The notes beneath the pieces were generated by a model. That model was not told the DNA's origin and ran no database searches. It was given only the letters and a program-made list of their open reading frames with translations. The position numbers were made by a program, and so were the translations under genes. From Eledone cirrhosa (Eukaryota), in assembly GCA_964016885.1 (NCBI GenBank), contig OZ024743.1:286626001-286690000 (forward strand): a stretch of DNA of 64,000 nucleotides. Reading direction: 5' to 3'. This document shows, one piece after another, positions 13,501-55,000 of the stretch; the stretch's first letter is position 1, and each line of letters starts with the position of its first letter.

Positions 13501-13850
13501 CCAATTTATCTTATGCGACACTTTTCTCATAAAGTTTTTGGCTGTTGGGATTTTAGGTACCTAAAACGAAAGATCACTATATTACGTATCTGTTATTGTC
13601 ACTGATCATATAACATTCTAGTTTAGCTAGTTAGTCAGACTCATTTAAACAAACGTGCATTTCTGACGTTAAAAAAATGGAAAGACACATTTCCTGTTGA
13701 GATAAACGAATTTCGTCTGGTTATCAATCAATTGACATGCATTCTTGGAACTAACACATTCAACTCACCATTGTAACCGGAATTAGAAATATCCACGGTA
13801 ACACTGCTGCTGATCAAGTCAGGCATCATATTATGGTTATGAGCACTCAT
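1428..13850 (-). CDS. SLC30A6: Zinc transporter 6 (ZnT6, CDF family), spliced, 3' part outside window
   Basis: Exons 13769-13850, 11127-11179, 8757-8843, 8259-8343, 6849-6891, 6652-6717, 4968-5048, 2782-2817 and 1428-1571 all have GT/AG ends and matching phases. They give ...GTIYPF..KILLFGAINVIG..ALTAYTYLTIFDIFSLLTCL..YSFGYDRFVVLAVFASTMLAQLGALFIIKESIERFIVQPEIHTGRLLIGT..ASSSSWLQEHMTDMSE, closely matching vertebrate ZnT6 as I recall it. Confidence 0.95.
1810..2540 (+). mobile_element. Old degenerate RTE LINE 3' fragment
   Basis: Diverged similarity to 22660-23260 (GGGTGTACAAGAGATGTAGTGGGAT, CATGGCAGCGAGACATGGG) and a (GAT)n tail. Confidence 0.65.
2782..2817 (-). CDS. SLC30A6: SLC30A6 exon 8 (SIERFIVQPEIHT)
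   Basis: 36 nt, TAG/GTAAGT; matches ZnT6 ERFLEQPEIHT. Confidence 0.93.
3103..3400 (+). mobile_element. CR1-clade LINE 3' end
   Basis: Same sequence as the 3' ends at 37600-37925 and 58290-58590; (ATT)n tail. Confidence 0.85.
3530..4805 (-). mobile_element. CR1-clade LINE, 5'-truncated RT fragment
   Basis: ORFs with DVVYLDFAKAF, SGVPQGSVLG, KYADD, VRPHLEFASPVW, VQRRATK; (ATT)n tail. Confidence 0.9.
4968..5048 (-). CDS. SLC30A6: SLC30A6 exon 7 (GYDRFVVLAVFASTMLAQLGALFIIKE)
   Basis: 81 nt, TM3, TAG/GTATGT. Confidence 0.95.
5377..5698 (-). mobile_element. CR1-clade LINE 3' end
   Basis: Homologous to 3550-3855. Confidence 0.85.
6371..6558 (-). mobile_element. SINE family A with target-site duplication
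   Basis: Full-length copy flanked by direct repeat ATGATGTACACAATAAT. Confidence 0.9.
6652..6717 (-). CDS. SLC30A6: SLC30A6 exon 6 (SLLTCLLTLWIHYQRSSSLYSFG)
   Basis: 66 nt, poly-T CAG acceptor, GTAAG donor. Confidence 0.93.
6849..6891 (-). CDS. SLC30A6: SLC30A6 exon 5 (ALTAYTYLTIFDIFS)
   Basis: 43 nt, TM2 near-identical to ZnT6, CAG/GTAAG. Confidence 0.95.
6880..7505 (-). repeat. About 32-bp minisatellite derived from the SLC30A6 exon-5 acceptor junction
   Basis: About 18-20 degenerate units of CTCTATTCTTACAG|CTCTCACAGCCTACACCT. Confidence 0.88.
7528..7715 (+). mobile_element. SINE family A
   Basis: A/B boxes, Nin-type core, AAAGTAGAAAC tail. Confidence 0.85.
8012..8200. mobile_element. 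piggyBac-like MITE
   Basis: TTAA-CCC(A/T)TTAGCATTT ... AAATGCTAAAGGG-TTAA. Confidence 0.8.
8259..8343 (-). CDS. SLC30A6: SLC30A6 exon 4 (AQKILLFGAINVIGTVILLLWCHSTGSM)
   Basis: 85 nt, TM1, AG/GTATGT. Confidence 0.93.
8757..8843 (-). CDS. SLC30A6: SLC30A6 exon 3 (GTIYPFLTTPHSIPEVLLKELSDILKVKR)
   Basis: 87 nt, AG/GTAAGT; resembles the ZnT6 N-terminus (MGTIHLF...). Confidence 0.88.
9099..9314. mobile_element. piggyBac-like MITE
   Basis: TTAA ends, same internal sequence as 8012-8200. Confidence 0.8.
10768..10956 (-). mobile_element. SINE family A with target-site duplication
   Basis: Flanked by direct repeat GACTTTAAAATTTAAT. Confidence 0.9.
11127..11179 (-). CDS. SLC30A6: SLC30A6 coding exon 2 (VLGNKESSSCIVPKYQSL)
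   Basis: TTTTCAG acceptor, GTAAGT donor, phase 1 to 0. Confidence 0.7.
13769..13850 (-). CDS. SLC30A6: SLC30A6 coding exon 1 (MSAHNHNMMPDLISSSVTVDISNSGYN)
   Basis: ATG at 13850, donor GTGAGT, phase 1 fits the next exon. No recognisable homology, so inferred from splice/phase only. Confidence 0.7.
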
Positions 13851-14236
13851 TTTTCCGACAGTTAATTAAACATTAAAAGTTCATACGAAGACATAATTCC
13901 GATAAACATTTTCGAGCTTTAAGACACGTATTTGTCACTTTCTTTATACAAAGAAGAGTACTAATATTGTTGTTTGTATGAATTACGTCCCTTATTATTA
14001 TTATTTTCTAATTCACTGGAATGAAACTCACATTTTAGAATGGAGTAATCTTTTATTATATGTCTTAGAATTTCGGTTGTAATTGTAGGACAAAACAAAT
14101 AACAAATGTTCTAAAAGTTTAAACGAAAAAAAAACAAATAATAATAAACATTCAATTTTTAAATTCTGTCGCACACGCATAAAAGACTGAAAGAAAATAC
14201 TCTTGTGTAGCGCGAATACCTCTTGACAGCAGAAAT
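13851..14236. promoter_or_regulatory. Probable bidirectional promoter / 5' UTRs of SLC30A6 and the YeeE-family gene
   Basis: 386 bp repeat-free interval between divergent ATGs, with several CpGs (TCGCACACGC, AGCGCGAA). TSSs cannot be determined from sequence. Confidence 0.65.
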
Positions 14237-45028
<30,792 letters not shown>

Positions 45029-45844
45029 CCATTACCAGATAGCATTGGCAGTAATGGAAGTGTCAGACAACATATAGTTACACCCCTTTACGTTCTGTGT
45101 TCAAATCCTGCTGAGGTTAGCTTTCTTTCATCCTTATGGGGCAGATAAAATAAAATACCAGTAACCTACTGGGGTTGATCTAATCGACTTTCCCTATCCC
45201 TAACCCTAAAATTGTTGGCCTTGTGCCTGAATCAGAAACCATTATTCTAAATAATCAAAAATTGTAAAACAATAACATTTATTTACCAAATTCAATTTAT
45301 TCTGATTTTCAATCCTGAAAATTCAACTTACCTGACTGTGATATCCTGTCTTTATGTACTATTGTGGTTATGAGCTTAGACCCACATTCCTCATCAGTGC
45401 AGCACAGGAAAAAATATTGTTTTTTAATATAAGTGAAGAAAAAAAACATCCTATAGTTATTTTTGTTTTCAATAGTATAATCATTCCAAATATATATATA
45501 TATATATTAATGATAATTGCGAAAGTTAGATGTAGATATAATCAGTTGTGATACATATTTTAATGGCATTCATGGTTATAGGATGCTTTTAATATTTACA
45601 TCTGACCATCGCAATTATCATTATTGCACATATACTGAGGTCAACTTTGCCTTTCATCGGGGTCGATAAAATAAAGTACCAGTAATGCACTGGTTAATTG
45701 CTGGGCTTGTCCAAAAGTAGAAACAATTATTGCACATATACTGTCATGGACTAACAAATTGTATTTGGAAGAATACACATGATGTTGAGTGCTTAAATCT
45801 AATTGCATCATCGTTCACTGATTGATGTGGTATATATACATTAA

Positions 45845-47115
45845 TTAGCAATGAGTATAGCGAGAAATTTAGCATACAGGTTGGTGTCCACCAGGGCTCT
45901 GTTCTTAGCCCTCTCCTGTTCAATAACGGAGGAGTTTAAGACCGGATGCCCATGGGAACTCCTGTATGCTGATGACCTCGCACTTATAGCTGAATCTATG
46001 GTAGAACTAGAGAATAAATTCCAAACTTGGAAGCAGGGACTAGAAAGAAAGGGTCTCAAAGTCAACATGACAAAGACTAAGGTCCTTGTAAGTAGACGAG
46101 AAAACAGAACCCAGATCCCCTCAGGGAAATGGCCTTGCTCAGTATGTAGGAAAGGTGTAGGTAGGAACTCCATTCTCTGCCCCAAATGCAAACAATGGGT
46201 ACACAAGAGATGTAGCGGGATCTCAGGAAGCTTAATTAAGAATGTAGGCTTCACTGGGGCAGCAAACAGCCACAGGAAACGAGAACAACCAATCTCTGAG
46301 AGGGCTCTATAGAAACAGTAGACAGCTTCTGCTACCTAGGTGACCAAATTAGCAGAGGTGGGTGTTCAGAAAGTACAATAACTAGGGTAAGAACGGGATG
46401 GAAGAAGTTCAGGGAACTACTGCCACTGCTAGCTGCAAAAGGCTTCTCCCTCAAAATGAAAGGCAGACTGTATGATGCGTGTATCCGAACAGCAATGTTA
46501 CATGGTAGTGAGACCTGGACGCTGAAGGTGGAAGACTTACGTAGATTAGAAAGAAACTAGCCTGCATGCTCCGATGGATGTGTAATAGTAATATACGCGA
46601 ACGGCAAAGCATAAATGAATTGAGAGAGAGACTGAGCATAAGAGGAATCAAATGCTGTGTGCAGGAGAGGTGGTTGGTTGTGTTGGTATGGACATGTGAT
46701 GCGTATGAAGGATTACAGCTGCATAAAAAGGTGCAGAGCACGCGGAGTGGGGAGACCCAAGAAGACCTGGGATGAGGTGATAAAAGCCGACCTTACCCAA
46801 TTACACTTCTCAAAGGCGATGACACGACCGTGACCTCTGGCGTCACGCAGTAATACAGAGTACCCGACCTCCCATGGGTACAAGCTGAAGCATATAGACA
46901 ATATGCCCCCACTGCAAAGGGGACGTGTAGGCGCCACGGAAAAAAAGCACCCAACACTCACTGTAAATGAGGTTGGTGTTACGAAGGGCATCCAGCCAGA
47001 ATCAGTTACTGTATGAGCAAGGCATGGTCAGCCGACCAGACACTGCCCACAACAGGACAACCCGTCTAACCGATGCTAGCATGGAAGAACGGACGTAAAA
47101 CGGTGATGATGATGA
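45845..47115 (+). mobile_element. RTE LINE 3' fragment
   Basis: LLYADD, Cys/His finger, 3' UTR, (GAT)n. Confidence 0.92.
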
Positions 47116-48260
47116 TACAACCCTGATTAGTTATCATTTTTAACATAAGTGTATAGGTATATATATATCGTCATCATCATTTTACATTGTCTTTCTATGC
47201 TAGTATGTATGCAGACATATTCAAGCAGCAAACATTTGTAAGGATATATACCTACTCAAGTGCATAATGCAAGCCTATCCCATAGATGCACATATATACA
47301 TACTCATCATTTCTCAGCTAATAGAATGGCCATCCTACCCACATCTGTTGTTTCGCTCTAACCAGAAGATGGGACTTCTAAGTCATAGTCAAGTGAATGA
47401 ATAAAGCTTTTCCTCAGGAAATGTAGTGAAGAAAACAGTTAGCTAGGAAAAAGATTATACACTTAGTGGGGTTCAGTTGCTAGGCCCCTTGTGCCTCCAC
47501 ACATTTGGCCCAGTGATGCTTCCACTGTTTGAAGCATGTCTGGAATGCTTCCAGAATGAATTTCCGCATGATGTCCTCTCAGCTCTCAAAGTGAGTTTTT
47601 CAGTGGCATTTGTATATAGGGTAACAACCAAAAGTCAGAAAGAATTATATCTGAAGAGATTGGTGAATGAGCAAAATGCCTTTCTTTGCCAAGAAACCTT
47701 GGATCAGCTATGATTTCATGCACAATGCCTTGTTAGAATACAGTCAGCATCATCTTCAGTTTTATTCCTCACCTGACGTGCTTTTGGGGGTCTTGGTGAC
47801 GTTGGATGTTTCCATTGTGGTTTGGTTTCTGGGACATATCCGTACACCCATGTATCATCTCCAATTATTTTGGTATTCCGAATCCCTGTTGACAGTATCA
47901 GGTAAAATGAAAATGCAACAAGAAATCACTTCACAGACTGGCTGCCCAACAAGCAACTGATGCATCCAGCAAGCTTAGCAAAAATCATTCATGCACATGA
48001 ATATATGTAGTGCCTTTCTACATACTTTAGTCTCCATAACATTATTTTCTGTCAGAAAAAATAAACTTTTTCGACAAAACTTTTATTTCACTTACATTAT
48101 AAATAAATACATTTGGTAAAAAGATTGCACTTTTATTCTTTATCCTTTATAAACCTGAGGGGTTGTGTCTATGTAAGTAACTAATATTGAACCCTACCTG
48201 TATTGAATTAGTTATCACATTTGAATCTCATGAAGTGCAGTTTGTTAATATTATCTATAT

Positions 48261-48395
48261 ATAATTGTTTCTACTTTTGGCACAAGGCCAGCAATTATCC
48301 CAGTGTATTACTGGTACTTTATTTTATCGACCTCGGGACGTAACTTTGCTGTAAAGCATGGAGTACGACTCTACCGATACTGCCAATCCACCGCC
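48261..48395 (-). mobile_element. SINE family A (internal deletion)
   Basis: Head and tail present, central part missing. Further copies at 45636-45728, 49608-49868, 62385-62507 and 63408-63560. Confidence 0.8.
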
Positions 48396-48980
48396 CTATA
48401 TATAATATAAAAGAAAGATGTTTATTGGTTGGTTGGATCACATGAAAACTACACACATACACATCTTAAGAGAGAGAGGTCATTATACAGAGAGATACAA
48501 TTAAAATGTTAGATATTCAGAGAGAGTAACGTCACACGAAAGTCTAGGAACATCTTAAACTATAGATCCTTTGATCTATAGGAAGGTTTAACAATATTGC
48601 GTTAGCTTTTATAAAGTCGTTTTACAGAACAAAGAAAAATTGATACTATTTGAAATTAATTTACTCTCCAGCTTTTATCCATATACTACTTACAGACCGT
48701 ACTAACGAAGCTATGTTATGCGGTATATTGCTGTGTTTCAGATGACGTCCTTTGGAGCTGAAAAAGATCATACTGACAATGGTTATTTCACATTTAAAAT
48801 CCAAGGCCAAAGCCAATGCTACAATTTAATCGGCAGTTTACTCCCTCAGCCTTAAAAGGAAGTTTTGATATGTACCTCTCACACACACACATTGTGGTCT
48901 TACCTCATACCAGACAACACATCCAATAGTCGTCTTCTCTTAACTGTTCTCTCGAGCGAAGCTAGGAACCTCAGCTAATA
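48396..48980 (+). mobile_element. Non-autonomous Helitron with RepHel remnant
   Basis: FQMTSFGAEK..TFKIQGQ..YNLIGSLLP at about 48735-48852; 3' end CTCGAGCGAAGCTAGG..CAGCTA. Confidence 0.72.
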
Positions 48981-49318
48981 TCATATAAATGAGTAGCAAA
49001 CCAACATACGCATTACCTGCTGAAGAGTTGATTGTTCATAAACTGTATATTAGATATGATCAAGACTTGTGAGGTGTAAATAGGTACTCTTCACTGTTGT
49101 AAGGACTCAGAATACAATACAATTAATGTTTCAGTAGCTTGCAATGCTGAGTTCAAGTCCATTTAGCAACTTGGGCCATGATAAAAGTGCTTATAACACA
49201 ATACTAATGCAATATTATCTCTATTGTACTGATGTTCTCTTCAAAATGTTCCCTGTATTCCAGCATGTAAAATGGTGATGATAATGTATACATTTGAATC
49301 TTGACTCTCAGTGATGCA

Positions 49319-49547
49319 TTAACCCTTTAGCATTTAAACCGGCTGTATCCGGCCAGAACTCTCTCACCTCTTTCTGTTCAAACTGGTTGTAACTGGCTAG
49401 TCATACCCACATTAAGGTATTGTTCTCAAAATAAATAACATCAAAATCTCATAGATTCAATATTATGTGAGATAAAAATGTAAGATAAAGCCCTTACTGT
49501 GAAAATACAATAGTAAATATAGAATAATGTAAATGCTAAAGGGTTAA
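49319..49547. mobile_element. piggyBac-like MITE
   Basis: TTAA-CCCTTTAGCATTTA ... TAAATGCTAAAGGG-TTAA perfect TIRs. Confidence 0.85.
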
Positions 49548-50911
49548 ACAATTTATTTTCTCATTCTCTTGAACCCCTGAATGTGGCCTAATGAAGTAGC
49601 ATTACGGACTGAGTTCAAAACCCGCCGAGGTTAATTTTGCCTTTCATCCTTAAGGGGTCGATAAAATAAAGTACCAGTAATACACTGGGATAATTGCTAG
49701 CCTTGTGCCAAAAGTAGAAACAATTATTTCTCGGACGCCATGCTTTCCAGCATAGTTACGTCCCGAGTTCAAATCCCGCCAAGGTTGACTTTGCCTTTCA
49801 TCCTTACGGGGTTGATAAAATAAAGTACCAGTAATTGCTGGCCTTGTACCTAAAGTAGAAACAATTATTTCTAGTAAGGATAGATTTATTTAGTCGGTAA
49901 AAAACAAAACAATGTCCACCTCATATGGTGATCTGGTACTATAACAACAAAGCACCCAGACCATCATTCCTATGATGATTGTGTTGGTGACATGAAAAAG
50001 CACCAGGTCCACCCTGTATGGTGGTTGTGCAGGTTACACAATGAAAAAGCACTCAGTTCATCCTGTTAGATGGTTGGCATTAGGAAGAGTTTCCAGCTGT
50101 AGAAACCAAGCCAAAATATAGATCCTTATAAGCAAGTCATGGTCACCTAGCCTGAACTGTCTCATAACGTGACAACTCATTTAACCAATGCAAGCGTAGA
50201 AAAAAATAGATGTTAAACAATGCCTACGAGGATGATATCATATAATTTAATGTACAGTGTAACAATTGAGTGAATATTGAAGTAATTGGATCTTAGCTCA
50301 TGAAATTGTATGCTGCTGTTACTACAACACTATTTTTTGGCAAGAAACCTATCCTAGAATTTAAGGAAAAATTTCATGCCTAATGAAGAAATCTGATAAA
50401 GTTAACCCATAAATTGAGAAACTAACCATGTTGATAGAATTTTATTTGTTGAAATCATGTTTGTATATCAAACAACCAATGTTTAATAAATAATTGAAAA
50501 TTACTTTGTTTAAAAAAAAATCATTTATTAATTTTTTATAGGTGGTGATGGGGAGCGGGGCTGGTCAAGCGAGCCAATTAGAGTGGGTTTATTCATGGAG
50601 AGGAGATGATGTGGACATGGGGTGTTGGGGGTGGTCATCAAATGAAGACAACTTATGTTATGTCCCATCAAATCTTAACATTATAGCTACACAACACAAA
50701 ATTATTATTATTATTTCTACATAGATATTTCTTTTAAATATTTATCTATGATAAAGAATTGAGAAAAAACAACAACAAAACATACGCCCTAGTTAAGTAA
50801 TATATATATATGCATGGCCTCAGCCGGATGGCTGGAACAGGTAAAAGAGTATGTGTGTGTGTGTGTGTATATATACATACATATGTATGTATGTATGTAT
50901 GTATGTATATA

Positions 50912-51257
50912 GAGGCGCATGGCTTAGTGGTTAGAGCATTGGCCTTGCAATCGAAAGGTTGTGAGTTCAATTCACAGACCGGGTGATGTGTTGTTTCCTT
51001 GAGCAAGACACTTTATTTCACATTGCTCCAGTTTACTCAGCTGTAGAAATGAGATGACAGGGACTGGGATCCCTATCCTTCCACTGCAAAGTGGTCGTGG
51101 AGGTGCCACGGCAAAAAAGCACCCAGCACTCACTGTAAATGAGGTTGGTGTTAGGAAGGGCATCCAGCTGTAGAAATCAAGCCAGAATCAGTTTCCGTCC
51201 CACCCTTGCAAGCAGGGAAAAAGCGGACGTAAAATGAAATGATGATGATGATGAAAT
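50912..51257 (+). mobile_element. SINE family B
   Basis: Full-length copy as at 38181. Confidence 0.88.
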
Positions 51258-51854
51258 GATATATATATTCAAATCTTATCAAGTTATGTTACTATGACAT
51301 TAACATTTGAATATATATAACACAAAGCTATTATTATTTCTACACAGGCATTTTTATCTATGATAAAATAATGAGAAAAAAAACAAAACAAAAACAACTT
51401 ATCTTGTCTCCCACCCAGTCAAGATATAAATCAATCTAAATGAAAATGAAACTGATATAAATACTCAGTTTGAAAATTTTCTGATGAGATAAATTTATCA
51501 AATAAGCTTTGATACTTTCGATTCAAACACATTGGCACCCAGATAGAGTCTTTGTTAGAATATCCCCAAACGCAATCTTTGCCACTTTTCCATCTTTCTT
51601 TAATTTGATTTGAATCGTTATTTTCAAAAAATTTTATATTTTAACTTCTGATTACTAGAAAATTTAGATTTCTTAGATAAATAAACTGAAATATTCTGAT
51701 ATCCACCAAATATAGATTTAAAAAAAAATATCTAACAGTGATTTTTGCTTGTTTGAACTTACTTCTTATTGTTCTTTCCCTTACAAACAACAAACATATA
51801 GTTTACTAGTTCCAGTGACCAGCACCTGTATATCGGGATCTAGGCTCTTGTAAT

Positions 51855-52003
51855 CTAGATTTTATATATATCTGTTTGTATAGGTAGAATAACAGTTTCT
51901 TCTGAAAGACTATGTCCTGATCCAGTTTTCAAACTTGTGTTATGTAATAAATGATTTCCAGCATTTGATTCACTTATAGTATCTGTATCTTCACCTTGAC
52001 ATT
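51855..52003 (-). CDS. GPATCH2: GPATCH2 last coding exon with degenerate G-patch
   Basis: CAG acceptor; ECQGEDTDTISESNAGNHLLHNTSLKTGSGHSLSEETVILPIQTDIYKI*. Confidence 0.78.
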
Positions 52004-55000
52004 CTGTCAAAAACAAACAAAAAGAATTCCAATCAGTTTCAGCTCATAATTTGTTATATTTACTGTAATTCCAATGGAAAAACTTAATTCAGTACTCTAC
52101 CTTCACAAGATAGTATTTTTCTTTGTCGTTTGTGGTCACATGATTCATGTCCATGTAGAGATGGCCGGTGTCTCATTTGTAAAGCAGTCCATTTTTGCTG
52201 TTCTTGTAGAAATCTTGACATGGAATACCCAGGAATCTAGAATTAATATAAATCAAAGAAAATTGATTATCAAAATCCCTAATTGAGGAAAGAAAAAACA
52301 ACAACAAAACAATTATAAATAGAATCATGTTTAATTCAAAACTTAATTTTAACTTGAGTAGTATTATACAATAACTAAGTGGATGAGGTATGGAATTTTA
52401 GGTTTAAAACTGTGTTCATATCCCATTACTTATGTGGCACTTTACTCTAGACCAAGTACTGAACATCCTTTGCACTAGTAGTAGAAAGCAGGTAAAAATG
52501 AACTGGAACTGATGTCTAGTTTAGTAGTTTTCAGTTTTGGATTGAATCATCCAAAATCAGAATGAACAGATCACCCATATATAACTCAAGTATATGTGGG
52601 CCAACAAGGAAGCCTCTATGTGGTCACTTGATCTGCTAGAAATAGCAGCCAAATCTTTCTTATATCATACTGTTTTGTTTTTAAAAAAGAACACAATGAA
52701 CAATATAGCAATTGTGTAAAGAAAAAGACAGGATTGTCATGGTTGGAATGCATTTGATCATAACTGCTCTCACTTCAGGTTAACCTGAGGCTAAACAAGT
52801 ATCTGTGAATTTTCTTCCTCTGCCAACATCCCCCTATCACCACATTAACATGAAGCCTTCCAAAGTGAGGAGACTGTAATTCAATGCTCAGCCATTGTGA
52901 CTTTTAAAGATAAGATGTTTTCTAATTAAGGCTCAAAGCCAGAAATTTATGGGGAGGGAAAAGTTGATTATGGCACCAGTACTTAATTATTACTATATTT
53001 TATCGACCCCAAAAGGATGAAAGACTAAGTTGACCTCGATGGGATTTGAATTCAGAAAGTAAAAAACTAGAGCAAATACTGCTAAGCTTTTGTCCAACAC
53101 CAATGATTCTACCAATCTACCATCCTTTTTAAAGAAAATAGAAGAAAAGATAGAAGACAATATGAGTTTACCTTTCCTTTTAATTTTCTTCGTCCTGAAC
53201 GGATTTGTCTTCCACACTAGAAGGTGAATAACAAAAATTAACAAATTGGCATTAAAAAGAGAAATTAGAAGTTGTTTCTATTCAATTTCTACATATATGA
53301 GACTATGAGCCTCATTGATATAAAGATTTAGGGAACTAAACCTGACAACATCAGTGGTTGTCTCGGTGTCATATCAAAAGTGCCCAATGGTTGGTGTAAG
53401 GAAGGGCATCCAGCTGTAGAGATCAAGCCAGAAACAGTTTTGTTTGAGTAAGACACAGTCATCTGATCTGACATGTCTCACAAGTTTAGTCTTAGCTCAA
53501 GGGCAACTGTATTTGATGACTATGATCAAATAATAGACAGAGCAAATAAATACATGAAATATGGAGTTAACAGTTAATCAATGCTTACTACTTTATTTTA
53601 TTACTTGAAGTTCTTCAAAAATTTAAATGTTAATAGGGTGCTGCAGGAAATATTTTGAGTTTAAATTCTGTCAGGATCAAATTTTGCTTAAATGGTCAAT
53701 AAAATAAATATTAAACATATTTTATTCAACCCAATCAACTAAACTCCTACCACAAAAAAAATGTCTATTACCTAATCATGATGAATCAATAAAGGGAAAT
53801 GTAAAAAAAAAAAAAGGAACATTTAATTTCAAAATATCCAACTGTTAAAGAATATGTGATTCAATTCTCTTATTAAAATAATATAAATGGTATATGAAGT
53901 ATCTGCTGTGCTTGCTACTGTGTCAGTATGTCACTGGATTATAGATTGCTTTTAGATAGTAAGGTTTGGTGTGATATAAAAGATATATGAAGGATGTCAG
54001 CTCATATCAACTCAACTTGTACATAGCAAGAACTGTAGCACTTGCAAGCTCTAGGAATACGTTTGTCCTGTGAAGTCACCCAGGAAGTCGTCATCCTGTT
54101 ACTGCTGATTTGACTGTTTAGATTATTGATAGTACCTTGTGGTGGACAGGTGAATATATAGCTGCAGCTCATCAAAGCAGATATTACATTGATAGCAAGT
54201 TAAAAATCCTTCACTGATGGAATACATCACTGGAGCAACAATAATAATGTACACAATTTAATGCTGGTAACATAATTCATAATCTTTGAATTAGTATTCC
54301 AACACTTTATTCTTTCTCCTTTTATGTCTCAGTAACAATACATGATATCAAAGTCTAGAAATTATATAACACTTGGTTAATTCTTACCATTAACTTTTTA
54401 ACCCTGGCTGTATAACTAAGTTGGGAAGATTTGGGAAGATGTTCAAATGTCCCAGTGAAAATCTTTTGAAACTCATCCTCTTTATCTTCATCATCCATCT
54501 TATCTGTTTCCCAAATAGGAATAATGCTTGGTACTCCACAGGCAGAGCCTGGTTCATAGTAGAAATCACTCTGTTCGTCATCAGCTGCAAATGATAGTAG
54601 GAAAAATAGTTAGAATCACGTGAAACTCGCAAGAGTCTAAGTTAAACCGTAACTACACTAATGTTATCCACCCTCTTTGATTCTCCAATCCAGTATAATG
54701 GAGGGCTTCAGAGCTCTTCCATTTTTGACAAACAAAATATTAAAAGCTATCCTTTAAAACCATATAGTGCATTTATCAACTAACAAAACAATATATACAA
54801 AAATTGAAAATCTGATAAAAAAAATAATTGATAGACTTTTCCCAATTAAATGCATCCAACAATATGTAATTGTTGGATGCATTTAATTTTGATTTTAAGA
54901 GAAAACCTTTCCGAGTTTTGGAAAAATTTGAGCTAAGCACAGCAAGTCAATGAAACAGTTATACACCACCTCAGTTACTTCCTGTTTCATAGAACCTATT

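Noticed and set aside
47440-48070. Possible degenerate mariner remnant
   Set aside because: Only a vague resemblance; TIRs and catalytic motifs could not be verified by eye.
50541-50680. GC-richer unique stretch after a plus-strand TTTTATAG
   Set aside because: No recognisable coding similarity; it could be GPATCH2 3' UTR but cannot be supported from sequence alone.
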